DNA from: Azolla caroliniana
Taxonomy: Eukaryota > Plantae > Polypodiophyta
NCBI GenBank assembly: GCA_043228905.1
Contig: JBHGNT010000020.1
Location: forward strand, 13,640,001-13,704,000
Direction: 5' to 3'
Length of the DNA stretch: 64,000 nucleotides
The notes beneath the pieces are model-generated. The model ran no database searches and was not told the origin of the DNA. It saw nothing but the letters and a program-made list of their open reading frames with translations. Below, in pieces: positions 26,716 through 38,126 of the stretch (positions within the stretch are counted from its first letter, which is position 1; every line of letters begins with the position of its first letter). The translations under genes and the position numbers were made by a program.

Positions 26716-26953
26716 TCAAGCATTGATTGTGTGATCATATACATCAAATTCAGCTCCTTTCCAGTAACTATTGTTTCCAGACCCCTGGTTTGGATTTCCC
26801 TTCAAATTACTACTGCTGCCTCTCATGTCATTTCCTTGTCAAACTATATTATTCTTACAGTTGAGAGATTCTCTAGGACTTCCTTGCTGGGGATTTTGCC
26901 TAGTTTCTCTTCATCTGATTTAGTTACTATATTTTCACTTTCTTATTTCTGTA
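26716..26953 (-). pseudogene. Duplicated, decayed 3' part of the last exon of the coiled-coil gene
   Basis: Translates to ...YWKGAEFDVYDHTINA* versus WTGAGFDVDDHTINV* in the intact gene; carries indels and a CGA>TGA stop. Confidence 0.88.
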
Positions 26954-27558
26954 GGTGTACATGACAAAAGGCCGCTTTAAGGTGGATATGGCTTCTCAAA
27001 ACCTTGATAAACAGAAGTAGGGGATGCTTATAGAGCAAATTCTGACTTACCCAGCTCATATTACCATCGATAACCCTAAACCCAAAGTCTATTTTTTTCC
27101 GATTCATTCCATGTTATTCTCTATAAGGGAGAAGAAGATCCAGGGGGAAGAAGATCCAGACATCCAAAGTGAAAATAAACTACAACTCTGTGAATTAAGA
27201 TTGACATTACTAGCCCATCTGATAGTGTTAGTAGCCCATGTTTCCGATATGGATTTAATATGTATTACTAATGATATGAGATGAATTGTGCAAGTGAATG
27301 AAAGAAATACAAAATTCGTTCATCATCTCTATTTAGTCAGAAATAAAACATCTGAAAACCAAAACATTGCATTGAATGGGCTTGAGAGAGATCATGAACT
27401 TCAGTTTCGAGCATAATGACGACAAAGTCTAATATGTATACATGTGTAAGGCAATGACATTATCCACGTCTATAATTGAGATATAAGCACATAAAACACA
27501 TGATTTTGCATTACAGGAGCCATATTTAAGCGATGAGATTTCTGTGTGACCATGAACA

Positions 27559-27951
27559 AATTAGATTTCTATGTGACCATGGACAGCATGCCAAAGAGGC
27601 TCCTTGAAATCATAAGATCAAATGTTACAATTGAAAACAATTAGTGTGATCATGGACAGCATGCCAAAGAGGCTCCTTGAAATCATAAGATCAAATGTTA
27701 CAATTGAAAACAATTAGATTTCTATGTGACCATGGACAGCATGCCAAAGAGGCTCCTTGAAATCATAAGATCAAATGTTACAATTGAAAACAATTAGATT
27801 TCTATGTGATCATGGACAGCATGCCAAAGAGGCTCCTTGAAATCATAAGATCAAATGTTACAATTGAAAACAATTAGATTTCTATGTGACCATGGACAGC
27901 ATGCCAAAGAGGCTCCTTGAAATCATAAGATCAAATGTTACAATTGAAAAC
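27559..27951. repeat. 80-bp tandem repeat, about 5 copies, downstream of inhibitor copy 2
   Basis: caattagatttctatgtgaccatggacagcatgccaaagaggctccttgaaatc... recurs at 27711, 27791 and 27871; one earlier copy has a small deletion. Confidence 0.95.
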
Positions 27952-28116
27952 ATGACATAGATATCATATGAATCAAACCGACATATTTCTCCACATCGTA
28001 ATTGTACACGGCTATCAGTGGGAACATATCACATAAACATGAAATTATGGAAAAAGAAGATCATTGTATACATCAATTATTTTTATAGTTATCTAAAAGA
28101 GGAGCCAAGATTCACA

Positions 28117-28631
28117 TCAACCGATTTTAGGGATCTGCGCGACCTTCTCGTCGGAGTCAACAAAAACACGGACTCGATCTTCACGGAAGTCTGCAGTGAC
28201 AATGGTTCCGACGGGCAAGATAACGACATTGAGTTTCGGGTTATCGGCAAGAATCTTGGATTTGGCTTCCACGCCGGGAATGCCCAAAAGCTCTGGCCAT
28301 GATGTCTTCAAACTTGTATCTGAACCAGTCTCTTCTACCTACAAAGAAAAAACAAGCAAACCACCACAACAGGAGTTACACAGACGCTGCTCTGGTTTGC
28401 AAGGGTCAAGCGAAAAGCTTACGACAATTCTCACTGTTTTTGTGTTCATGCCGGTGGGGAGGGGGTTTTCCAGTAGATGGGCACTATACAATGAATGCAG
28501 GACATGGCCAAGAGGTCTAAAGGGCTGATCCTTCAGTCAGGTCTTCTTTCTTAATGGCACAAGAAACAGAGTTTTTATCTACATATCTGTGGTTTGTTTT
28601 GTATACGTACATACATACATATATAAAATAC

Positions 28632-28664
<33 letters not shown>

Positions 28665-28820
28665 TGTATGTATGTATGTATGCAGGTATGTATAATGTAA
28701 ATATATGTATGTATGTATGTATAATGTATACATATATATATATAGAGAGAGAGATAGACACACACACACACACATGCATTGTTGATTAGGGTTTGAGGAG
28801 TATCTTACAATGTAACTCAT
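28117..28820 (-). CDS. Potato inhibitor I family serine protease inhibitor, copy 2 (CI-2-like); exons 28820-28809 and 28338-28117
   Basis: MSYI|VEETGSDTSLKTSWPELLG...LPVGTIVTADFREDRVRVFVD...IPKIG. GTAAG/TAG junctions; the last exon is 222 nt, as in copy 1. Confidence 0.92.
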
Positions 28821-30498
28821 CTTCACTTGAGCAAGAGAACGTTCCGAGAAATCTCTCACGAAAGGAGGGAGGGATGTCTGTGTTTGATCTGTATCGAATC
28901 GAAGGAATGTATGTTTTGCGTTGGATGTCGATGGATCGATGTACGAGAGACTTTGTATGTATACAATCTCCTTAAATAGGCGTGTGGTTGATGCATTGCC
29001 CCTCTTTTTGTTTTATGACTTTCTAACTCATTGTTGAGGATGGATAAGAATTTCTGACATTTCATTACGTGCAAAGTATGATACTTGACTTTTTAATAAA
29101 ACATGTCATGCATGACAACAACATTTTAAATGTTTTGCCGTCTATTCTTCTTTTTTGGTAAAAATAGTGTATATATTGAAACAATGTGACAGTACAATCA
29201 ACCCTCGTTCACTCTATAACATCGAGTACGAATCCTATAAAAGACAACTCAGATATACTCATTGTTTCAGTCTAGCATAGATTTGCACTTACCTTATTAA
29301 TATTCTTTGATTGAAATGTGCAACTTTGATAGTGATGTAGTGACGTGGAATAAGAACTTTAGTGTTATAAGCAACCTTTTGATAACTTAAGTTTTTTAGT
29401 TTGAGACAATGTCAAGGATTGGCACCTATTTTTTATAAGGATTGCACATATTTTTGGTTTGAGGTAATGTTAGAAAATATGGTTTTGCACATCACTCTAT
29501 TGTTGAGATCATGCACAATAATTTGCGAACCCACTTTGAATTTTAACTTTGTGAATATTCGCATGTTATTATGGTGCACACTAACAATTTGCTCCGTAAA
29601 ATATGTCTACTTTGTAAACCAATTCCTAGAAGCAATTTCGACAAGTTTCTTAAATTAATGGATCTAGCTAAGGGAAAGGAACAATACACACTACAATAAG
29701 ACATTTCTTTGCTTAATGTTCAAAGTCAAATCGTGTACGACATTGTACAACTTATCAAGACAAAGATCAAAAGACCTTATTTATTATAGAAACGTGCAAG
29801 CTTTCTAAAGTGTGAAAGCAAGAAACAACACTAAAATGTTATGGCTATGTATACGCCAAGTCTTTGTGCTCTTCATTTGTAAGATGGTAAGCCAATTCAT
29901 GAAGAAATGACCCTAAACCATGTTTGGTCAATGGAGGTTGTTCCGTGTATTATCAACCCTTAGCTCAACAATGTGAGCTTTAGCTTGTGTATGCATACTT
30001 ATGAATGCTTATCCTCTCATGTCCAAATCTTACTTCAATAGTCCCTACAAGAAAAATTATTGTCAATATATCCAAAGTCAATCATAAAAAACGGCAGTTT
30101 ATATGGTATGATTATGGTAATTTGGTGAACTAGAGTAGCTCTGGAGGAAATATGATAGTCTAAGGCTGCATATTGAATTATTCAAACATGGAGAATTTAA
30201 ATACAGTTGATGGTTTAAACCCTAAACTACTCTTCAATTGAAACATTCATTCTGGAGATATAATAAGACTGACAAATTGCAAGTTGGATTCCTTCCGAGA
30301 TACACATTGTGGTTGTGCTGAACTAAAAGCAAACAACATTTTATTGCTACTGGTATATATGATCATAATCCCTACCTACAACACCGCCATCCTACTTTCC
30401 GTCTTAACCTAAGGAAATTAAAGTATTTATCAATGTATGTAGCCCATGGTTTGAGTCAACTGGATTTTTCAGAACCATTAATTGAGTTACCAACTTCA

Positions 30499-30745
30499 CC
30501 TGGTCTACCAGAATATAGCATGTCTGCACTATACAAGTCATTTTGGCTGTGTATAGAAAATGAGTGTGAAGCTGGTTTTACCTGGTCTACCAGAATATAG
30601 CATGTCTGTGCATTATACAAGTCATTTTGGTTGTATATGACATGCGTGTGAAGCTGATTTTACCTAATCTACCAGAACATAGCATGTCTCCATTATAGAA
30701 GTAATTTTGGTTGCATATGGAATGAGTGTGAAGCTGATTTTTGAC
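30499..30745. repeat. About 82-bp imperfect tandem repeat, 3 copies
   Basis: cctggtctaccagaatatagcatgtctg...gtgaagctg repeats; a single copy sits at the paralogous site (about 26514). Confidence 0.85.
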
Positions 30746-30851
30746 TATGTAATACATCCAAGCCTTGAACACACATCTTCACATATGATCCTTATGATGG
30801 CAAGAAACATTGAGTTTTGGTTTCCATTACAGCAACCAAGTACAATACAAA

Positions 30852-33800
30852 TCACACATTGATTGTGTGATCATCTACATCAAACCCAGCTCCTGTCCAG
30901 TTATTATTTTGAGACTTCTGGTTTGAATTCCCCTTCAAAATACTACCACGGCCTCTTGCATTGTTTCCTTGTCGAACTATATTATTATTACGGTTAAGAG
31001 ATTCTCTAGAACTTCCTTGTTGAGGACTTCTTAGTTTCTCGTCATCTAATTTAGTTACAACTTTTTGACTCTCTTTTTCTGTAACTGCTTTGGATGATCT
31101 AGTTGCATCAGAAACTATAGATGGTTTCTCTGGTACTGCTGTTGTTGATGGCTTTGATACTTCCTGCAAAATCACCATGAATCTAAAGTTATACATAATA
31201 ATCAAAATGCGAATAAATATGAGCACATCTGTATAGAAGATGGTGGTCCTGCGAAAGCTTCTCTAATATGAAGCTAGATGTGACTATCTTTGAAAGAAGA
31301 AACACATTTGTGAACCCCAGTTAATAACATCGCAATTGGTTCAATTGTTGCATGCATCAGATGAGTTGATTTGATGAGTTTGTACAATACAGTGGACATG
31401 ATTAAAGCAAGGAATTTGCTCCTTATAAGCAACGAATAGCTTGTCCTTTAAGTTCGTTTACTCTCATTCATCTCCATGTCAGTAAGTTCATTCTCAAGCA
31501 AGAAATTGTTGTGCATGCACCCAATTATTTAATGATTTGAATAGATCATGAGCATGTGAAATATTTACAAATAAAATTTTGTTTTCTACATGGTTCAAAC
31601 CATGGAAAAAGAGGTTAAAAGCCACTTAAATCAGTTATTCCTCAATGCCAGGAAAACTATGGATACACTTTGTATTAATTACTTTTTTCCTAGGACCATA
31701 AGTGAACCCAGTTGTTTTTGCATCAGAAACAAAACGGGTTCTATTTATTGCTAGAGTAACTAAAATATCTTGTTCCATGTTACTCCAGATTATAAATATA
31801 ACATGTTTATTATATTAACAGTGATTGGTACTCTAGAAACAAATCAAGTTCTGTTGATACCTTCTGTGATTGATGGTCGATTGGGTTAGGTAGCCTTTGA
31901 GACGTTTGATTCCCATGTGTAATCTGTCCAACAATTTCAGGATTCAAAGCTTCAAGTTTACTTTTCAGGTCCTCCAACCGTGAATACTGACTTGCTGCAC
32001 TCTCTTGAACCTGCAAAGGACATTCACGCAAAAAACAAAAAGAGACCAAATTTATAAAAGCAACAGACTTTTCTAGCTACTTAAAATGGAAAAACTCCAG
32101 AATACCCTTGAGATTTTCTTTACTTTCTCAAATGCATCTGCGTTTTTGTTATTTCCCCAAATGCCCTCGGACAAACCCCAAAAAAGGAGAAAAAGAGGAT
32201 GATTCAACCATTTTGTTGCTCAAATAGCACATACAATTGAGAAAACGAAAAGGTAATAAATTGACCACGGGAAATAATGAAAATTCAGGAATATTTGAGG
32301 AAAAACTAAGCTATTTCAGAGTTTTGCTTTGCCTACTTAACATTGATGATTTTGAGGGCAAATTTTGCATACCAATCGATTAAGATCTTCACATAGCCTT
32401 TGTTTCTTTTCTTCTTCTTCCTTCAATGCTTTAAGCGAAGCCTCCCAAATCTAACCATGAAGCACTTACTCATCAAACATAGACATATCAAGATATTATG
32501 GTTTCTCAGAGTCATGTAAAGAGCTAGCACACCATCTTTATGAAACAATGAGATCATCAAACCTTTTTTGCTTGTTCCTCCTTTTGCCTAGCAACCTTGA
32601 TCTTTTCACCGGAAATTTCTATCTTTTTCCGAAGATGTTCAAGTGCTTTACAGAAAGACCAATTGCAATATAAAGAAATTAGCTGAAGATCAATCCAAAT
32701 GAAAACCAATTATTCATATAGAGAAGGAAATCCATCACCTGCTTTTTTTGGTCCAGCAGTACGTTTTACTTCTAATACTAGAGAAGCCAGCTCACGTTCA
32801 ACATTTCTTATTTTAGAATAATTCTCTTCAATATACCTGTTACAAAATGAATATGAATGTCATAAGAGGACTTCCAGAGATTGCAAAATGGATTCTGTGC
32901 CCCTGATATGAAGGCTTCAGATTCTCCATTTTGTCAGATCTTATGTAGAAAAAGGCACGTCTGAATCAAAAACTTGAACTGAAAAATGCATTTCTATTTA
33001 TTTGAATCTTTAGGCTTCTACGTAGCAATGTCAGCTGATGTTTAACATTAACATTTTAGAATAATTCTATTGAATTTTACTAATAAAAAATGAATATGAA
33101 TGAAATATGCATACTTCCACAGGTAGCAAAATAGATCCTATGTGCCTGGAGGCTGGTATACAAGCTTCACATTTTCGTTTATTTCAAATCCCATGTAGAA
33201 CAAAGGCTCTTCCTAATCAAAATCTCAAAATGTAAAAATGTGACCAATATTTATTGGTTTGGTTCTTCAGAGTTCCAATTAGCATTCTGTTATATCTTGT
33301 TTAGCACTTCAAACATTTGCAACTCTGATTGTTATAACAAAACTCAATTTCTCTAAGTGTGATGACTCCACATCAATAGTATTGTGATCTGGTACGTTTC
33401 ATGGAGCTGTGCATAACTTATGCAATGAGTTAGATCATTTGTTTTGAAAGACACTGCAAGATGCAATGAAGGTTCAAAAAGAACAGCACTGTCAACTTTC
33501 ACTCATGTCCAGCAAGATCCTAGCTCAGTGAGTTGATAGTTCTTGTTTGCAAGAGGAATTGCTACATCTATATACAGCTTTAATTCAGTTCCTTGATAGT
33601 GCTTGCTTGCAATAGTAAATGCTACATCTCTACAAAATTCAGAAAACTCTTGATTTCTTTTGCAAATGGTGCTTAACAGGAAACTCTACATCCGTGCCCA
33701 AGTCAGCGAAACCATAACCTGGTTTATAGAAATTACTTATTTGCAACAGAGAATGCTAAACCTGTACGCAAATTAGCTTGGTCCTAACTCAGTTTACCTT

Positions 33801-34326
33801 ATAATAGGAAATGCTACATTTGTACACATATCATCAAAATCCTACATAGGTTTATCAACAGTTCTTGCTTGTAAAAGGAAATGCTAAACCTGGACACCAA
33901 TTAGCTCAGTTTATCCACAGGGATTCCTAGTAATAGGAATGCTACATGATTTAAAGGTGTTTCATACTTCAACAAGAGGTGATCAGAGTAGCCAGACCAC
34001 TTTCTTCATTATAAATTTTTGAAAAGAACTGAAAGTTTCCTGACAAGATCATGCAGGAACCATGAAACCTTACATGTTCACAAATTAAAACATATTAGAA
34101 GCGCATCACTTACTTCTTGATCTCAAGCTCTTTTTCTTCGATGACCTGTACACAGAAAGAAACACATAAAATCAGCTATTATTTGCTTCAGGATACAAAA
34201 TAACAAATAAGAGATCAGTGAACAAGAACAAGAATGTGGTACCTTTTCTGTGTAAGCGATGACGGGATGTTCCATGGCCATGCCATCAGGTCCAACTTCT
34301 GTAACAAGGTTTGGTAATGAAGACAT
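30852..34326 (-). CDS. Conserved plant coiled-coil protein (RAB6-interacting golgin/GORAB-like); exons 34326-34243, 34145-34114, 32836-32739, 32645-32563, 32450-32373, 32010-31861, 31163-30852
   Basis: All junctions are GT-AG and in frame: EVGPDG...PVIAYTEK|VIEEKELEIKK|YIEENYSKIRNVERELASL...AGPKKA|ALEHLRKKIE...|...LCEDLNRL|VQES...WTGAGFDVD. The family name is from recall and less certain than the gene model. Confidence 0.85.
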
Positions 34327-35281
34327 GATGAATCAAAATGGAAAAGCTATAGCCACAGATTTTTAGAACTTCCGTTGCTGCAGAAAAGCAACAGACTTCG
34401 AGTCTTTCTTTGCAGATCACAGAGAAAATGTAGTGCAGGAAGAAAATCTACAGATTCATGTCGTTTTCTTTGCAAACAGAAAATCTACAGATTTCATTCC
34501 TTTCTTCACAACAAGAAATCCATAAAATTGATCAAGTCTATCCTTTCTAAACGAAATCTAAAGTTTAAAATCCTTCGTTTGCAACAGCAAAATTATTGAT
34601 GAAATAACAAAAGCTGAAGATTTCCGTTCGATCGTTTACAACATGAAATCTAATGACTTCAATGCATTCTTTGCAACAATAAATGTATAGGTTCCAAAAC
34701 CCTTCTTTTGCAACTGCGAATCTGCTTGCACAGATCTCAATCCCCTTCCTCAGTAACAGAAAACCGGCAGATCTCAAGACTTTGTTTGCAACTCGACTTT
34801 AACAAATTTCCAAAACAAAAATGTGGGAAGTTTTTCAGCGACAAGACTTTTCCGATCCTCTTTTCCTTTATTGCAGAAGCAAAGCTCCAACAGGTTGCAA
34901 GATCAGGGCAAATGCATTGCTCTCATTCAAAGAGATGCAGTCGTGGGATGAACAACGGAGTCAAGGCTTCGATGAAGGAGCTTCGCCATCGCCACAGATC
35001 AAAGAAAGAACTGTCATTATATCCACTCGCTCCTAGTAGCAGTCATTTATTTGTCTGAGATCTCTCCTCCTTCTTCTTTTTCTGTCCCGGACATTTGGCC
35101 GGACATCGGGCTTTGCTTATCTTATTTTCATTTGGCCGGACATATACCCCACCCCCGCGTAGTATTCGTCATGAGCTCGTCCGGCCGGCCGGCACACCGC
35201 CTTCACTTGTCCATCCCAACTCCCATCAGCCGGTAACCATTTGCTGCTGTGTAGAAGATATGGCATGTCCAATCCTCGGAT

Positions 35282-35362
35282 CATGTTCGTGTTCGTGTTC
35301 GTGCTCATGCTCGTGCTCGTGCTCGTGTTGGTGTTTGTGTTTGCATTCGTGCTCATGTTCAT
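35282..35362. repeat. (GTGCTC/GTGTTC)n hexamer microsatellite
   Basis: Directly visible; reads as (CS)n on the plus strand and (HE)n on the minus strand. Confidence 0.85.
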
Positions 35363-37231
35363 GGGCGCATGCGTGAATGCCTATCATCGTCGAGAATCCA
35401 CATTTTCAAATAAACGGTGATGAGAGTTCCGTGATTGTTTGGTCATTCGACCTGGATGGTTACAAATCTGCAAAGGTGGAGCTCGGGTTTCGGTTTTGTA
35501 TAGAGGGTGCTATGTGTGTATGTGCATGTGCATGTCTGTGTAACTTTGCCTTTTCTAAGTGCTCCGTGCTACCAACCAAATCCTAGAGATAGCCCACTCG
35601 TCATTGACGCATCTTCATGGCTTCTTGTAATAGTACACGGACAACCTCCATGCAGAGTTACACAAGGATTTTCTATTGTGAAAACTAGTAATCAACGCAT
35701 GCACGCCATTCTTCTTCTTCTTCTTCTTCATGATGATCTATTGTTTATGACTTGTAACTATGTGTTTAGAGGCATTTGATAATACATGTTTATGGTTGAA
35801 AGAACCCAATGCTCGTCATGCGTACCCATGGTTCCTCATACTCTCTCTCGATCATGGGATCCATCAAAGTGCATTGTGGTCATTTTTTTTATAGACACAA
35901 ATATGTTCATGATGAAAATAAACACTTGGAAACAACATAAAATACTCGTGTGGTTTTCATTATTCCCGAATGCCCTTGACTTTCCATTATTTCCAAAAAG
36001 CGTCATTGGTTAATTACCATAAGGAAGGAAAAAAGGGAATGAACTGACCATGTTTTCATTGAACTATCACATATAATTGCAGAAAAATAGTTCTTTTTGA
36101 AAGAAGTCTTGCACTACTAATTGATTACACACCATTTCATACAAAACAATCATGCTCATCATACACTTCAACTTTCAAGATTATTTTTAATTGTTTCCAA
36201 TTTCTTGTAAGTGTTGACTTGTGATGCATTTTTTGAGCTTTAAAAATCGTCACGTTTTTGTTGTGAGAGCATTAAAAAAAACATTGGAAATGTTCTATTT
36301 TCGCACATAGGGTGTTTGAAATCTTAAACTAATGACTATTCTGGCTCTAAATTCTTTGATAAAGTGTCCACCTAGAGGAAATGGAGGATATTAAACTTCT
36401 CATGATTGACGATTGTGAAACTTTAGGTATATAATGTAAACACGGAGACTAACATAAGTACGATAGATTGAATTGATGATTGTTAACAACAATGGGGATG
36501 CTTTGCACATGAATGCCATGATCAAGGAGAGTAAATTGCAAGCTTAGTTGTAAGAGTGGGAAAGAAAAACAAACTAATAATAAGTTCCTAAAATTTTTGT
36601 TGTTCCATAATTAGGTGGAGAGATAGTGAGGGTCACTTCAAGTGCTATATATTTAAGAGTTGTAGGTGATGGTTTATTGATAGTGTTAACACTTATCATT
36701 CCCACAAGTACAACATAATAATTTTATCGTAACAAACTTGGAAAGAAAAACTCGATAATTCTCAGCCAGTTAGATCCTCATGACTATCACATGAAGTCAT
36801 CAGGTATATTGTCAGATCTTGTCATATTGTAGCGCTAATTTGCCTTACAAAGTAGGAAATGCATTCCATGTACATATAAATGTGTTAAATGTATGTGCAT
36901 CAACTATCAACTATCTCTTACCAATACCGATCTACTTTGCTCACTATGTAAGGCCGAGCTTAGGGTTGAGTTACATTTATAAGGTGGAGCCCAAATTACA
37001 CTCAAGATTGACTGTATGTTTGCCCTAATATAGCTCTAGACCCCACAAGCACATTGCAAACAATTACTAGCACGCAATGGACAAAGATTACATTACATTC
37101 ATACAACACTCAAAGATAGAGATAACATGGACTTGATGCATGATGCGAGAGATGGTGGTTTCGCTATTCACAATAGTAGAGCACAATACAATGAAAATGA
37201 TACAAGAGTTGTTCTCTCTAAAACTCCAAGA

Positions 37232-37524
37232 TCTACCAAAATGACCCATCCTCTCCAAACCCTAAGTCTCTCATACTCATATACATATGTGTGTGTACAC
37301 ATATGTACTTAAGTCTTGGGGTTTTTAGTTTGTTAGTCTAGGTTCACATAATCTCTTCTTTCACTCAACCTCTTCTACCAAAATGACCCATCCTCTCCAA
37401 ACCCTAAGTCTCTCATACTCATATATGTACATGTGTGTGTGTGTGTGCACATATGTACTTAAGTCTTGGGGTTTTTAGTTTGTTAGTCTAGGTTCACATA
37501 ATCTCTTGTTTCACTCAACCTCTT
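37232..37524. repeat. About 142-bp direct duplication downstream of the MATE locus
   Basis: tctaccaaaatgacccatcctctccaaaccctaag...ttcactcaacctcttc occurs twice. Confidence 0.9.
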
Positions 37525-37989
37525 CATTGAGGAAGAGAATAGACCGAATCCTTTGAAGGGTTTCTTCATCTTAGCCACCACCACACCACCACCACCACCA
37601 CCACCATGGTCTCTATTCATACCATTCCTCATTGTGCTTTCATTCATGAGACTCTTGGAAACTTCCCAACAATTCCCGCCCGCCCAATCCCCAGCCGGCC
37701 TCACCGTGTTCTCGTCCTCGAAATAATATGTTCGGCGGCCAATCGTCTGCAACTGCCCGGAATCGCTATATTGCATCTGAGCTGTCCCATCCGATCCATC
37801 CGAGGGTAGAGCTCGACCCTCGGATGGATCCTTGCACTTCACGCTCTCTTTAATCTCCACGTTCTTGATGTCCTGAACTTGATCTTCACCCTTGCCTAAT
37901 AATCCCCTCTTACAATGGCTCTCATCATATTGGGCACTCGATTCGTCACACTTTCATCGGCTCACCGACCGCAGTCCGGAGGCATCGAC
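37483..37989 (-). other. Putative second exon of the MATE gene (169 codons, one in-frame TGA at 37956-37954)
   Basis: A T-rich acceptor ttatttattag|GTC at 37990 is in phase with an AAG|GT donor at 38142/38141, and in frame with ORF 37483-37860. Confidence 0.45.
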
Positions 37990-38126
37990 CTAATAAATAA
38001 CATCATTATAAATAAACAGCATCGAAAGCTATGATTAGTGTCAATGGTACGGAAATCCGGCATCGTCCATAAGCTCGGATCCGGAGCTACATGATTGATT
38101 GATAGTAGACAGAACATCTGATCATT

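Larger units (their letters stand above)
23690..31083. repeat. Diverged tandem segmental duplication: about 23690-26953 versus about 27230-31083
   Basis: Collinear matches: gcccatgttt..gatatggatttaa (23694/27234), the inhibitor genes and their promoters, gaaacattcattctggagata (26207/30241), and the 3' end of the coiled-coil gene (26716-26953/30852-31083). Confidence 0.9.

Noticed and set aside
24632-28859. His/Ile/Tyr-rich ORFs near the inhibitor genes
   Set aside because: They are translations of (TACA)n and (TTCA)n intronic microsatellites.
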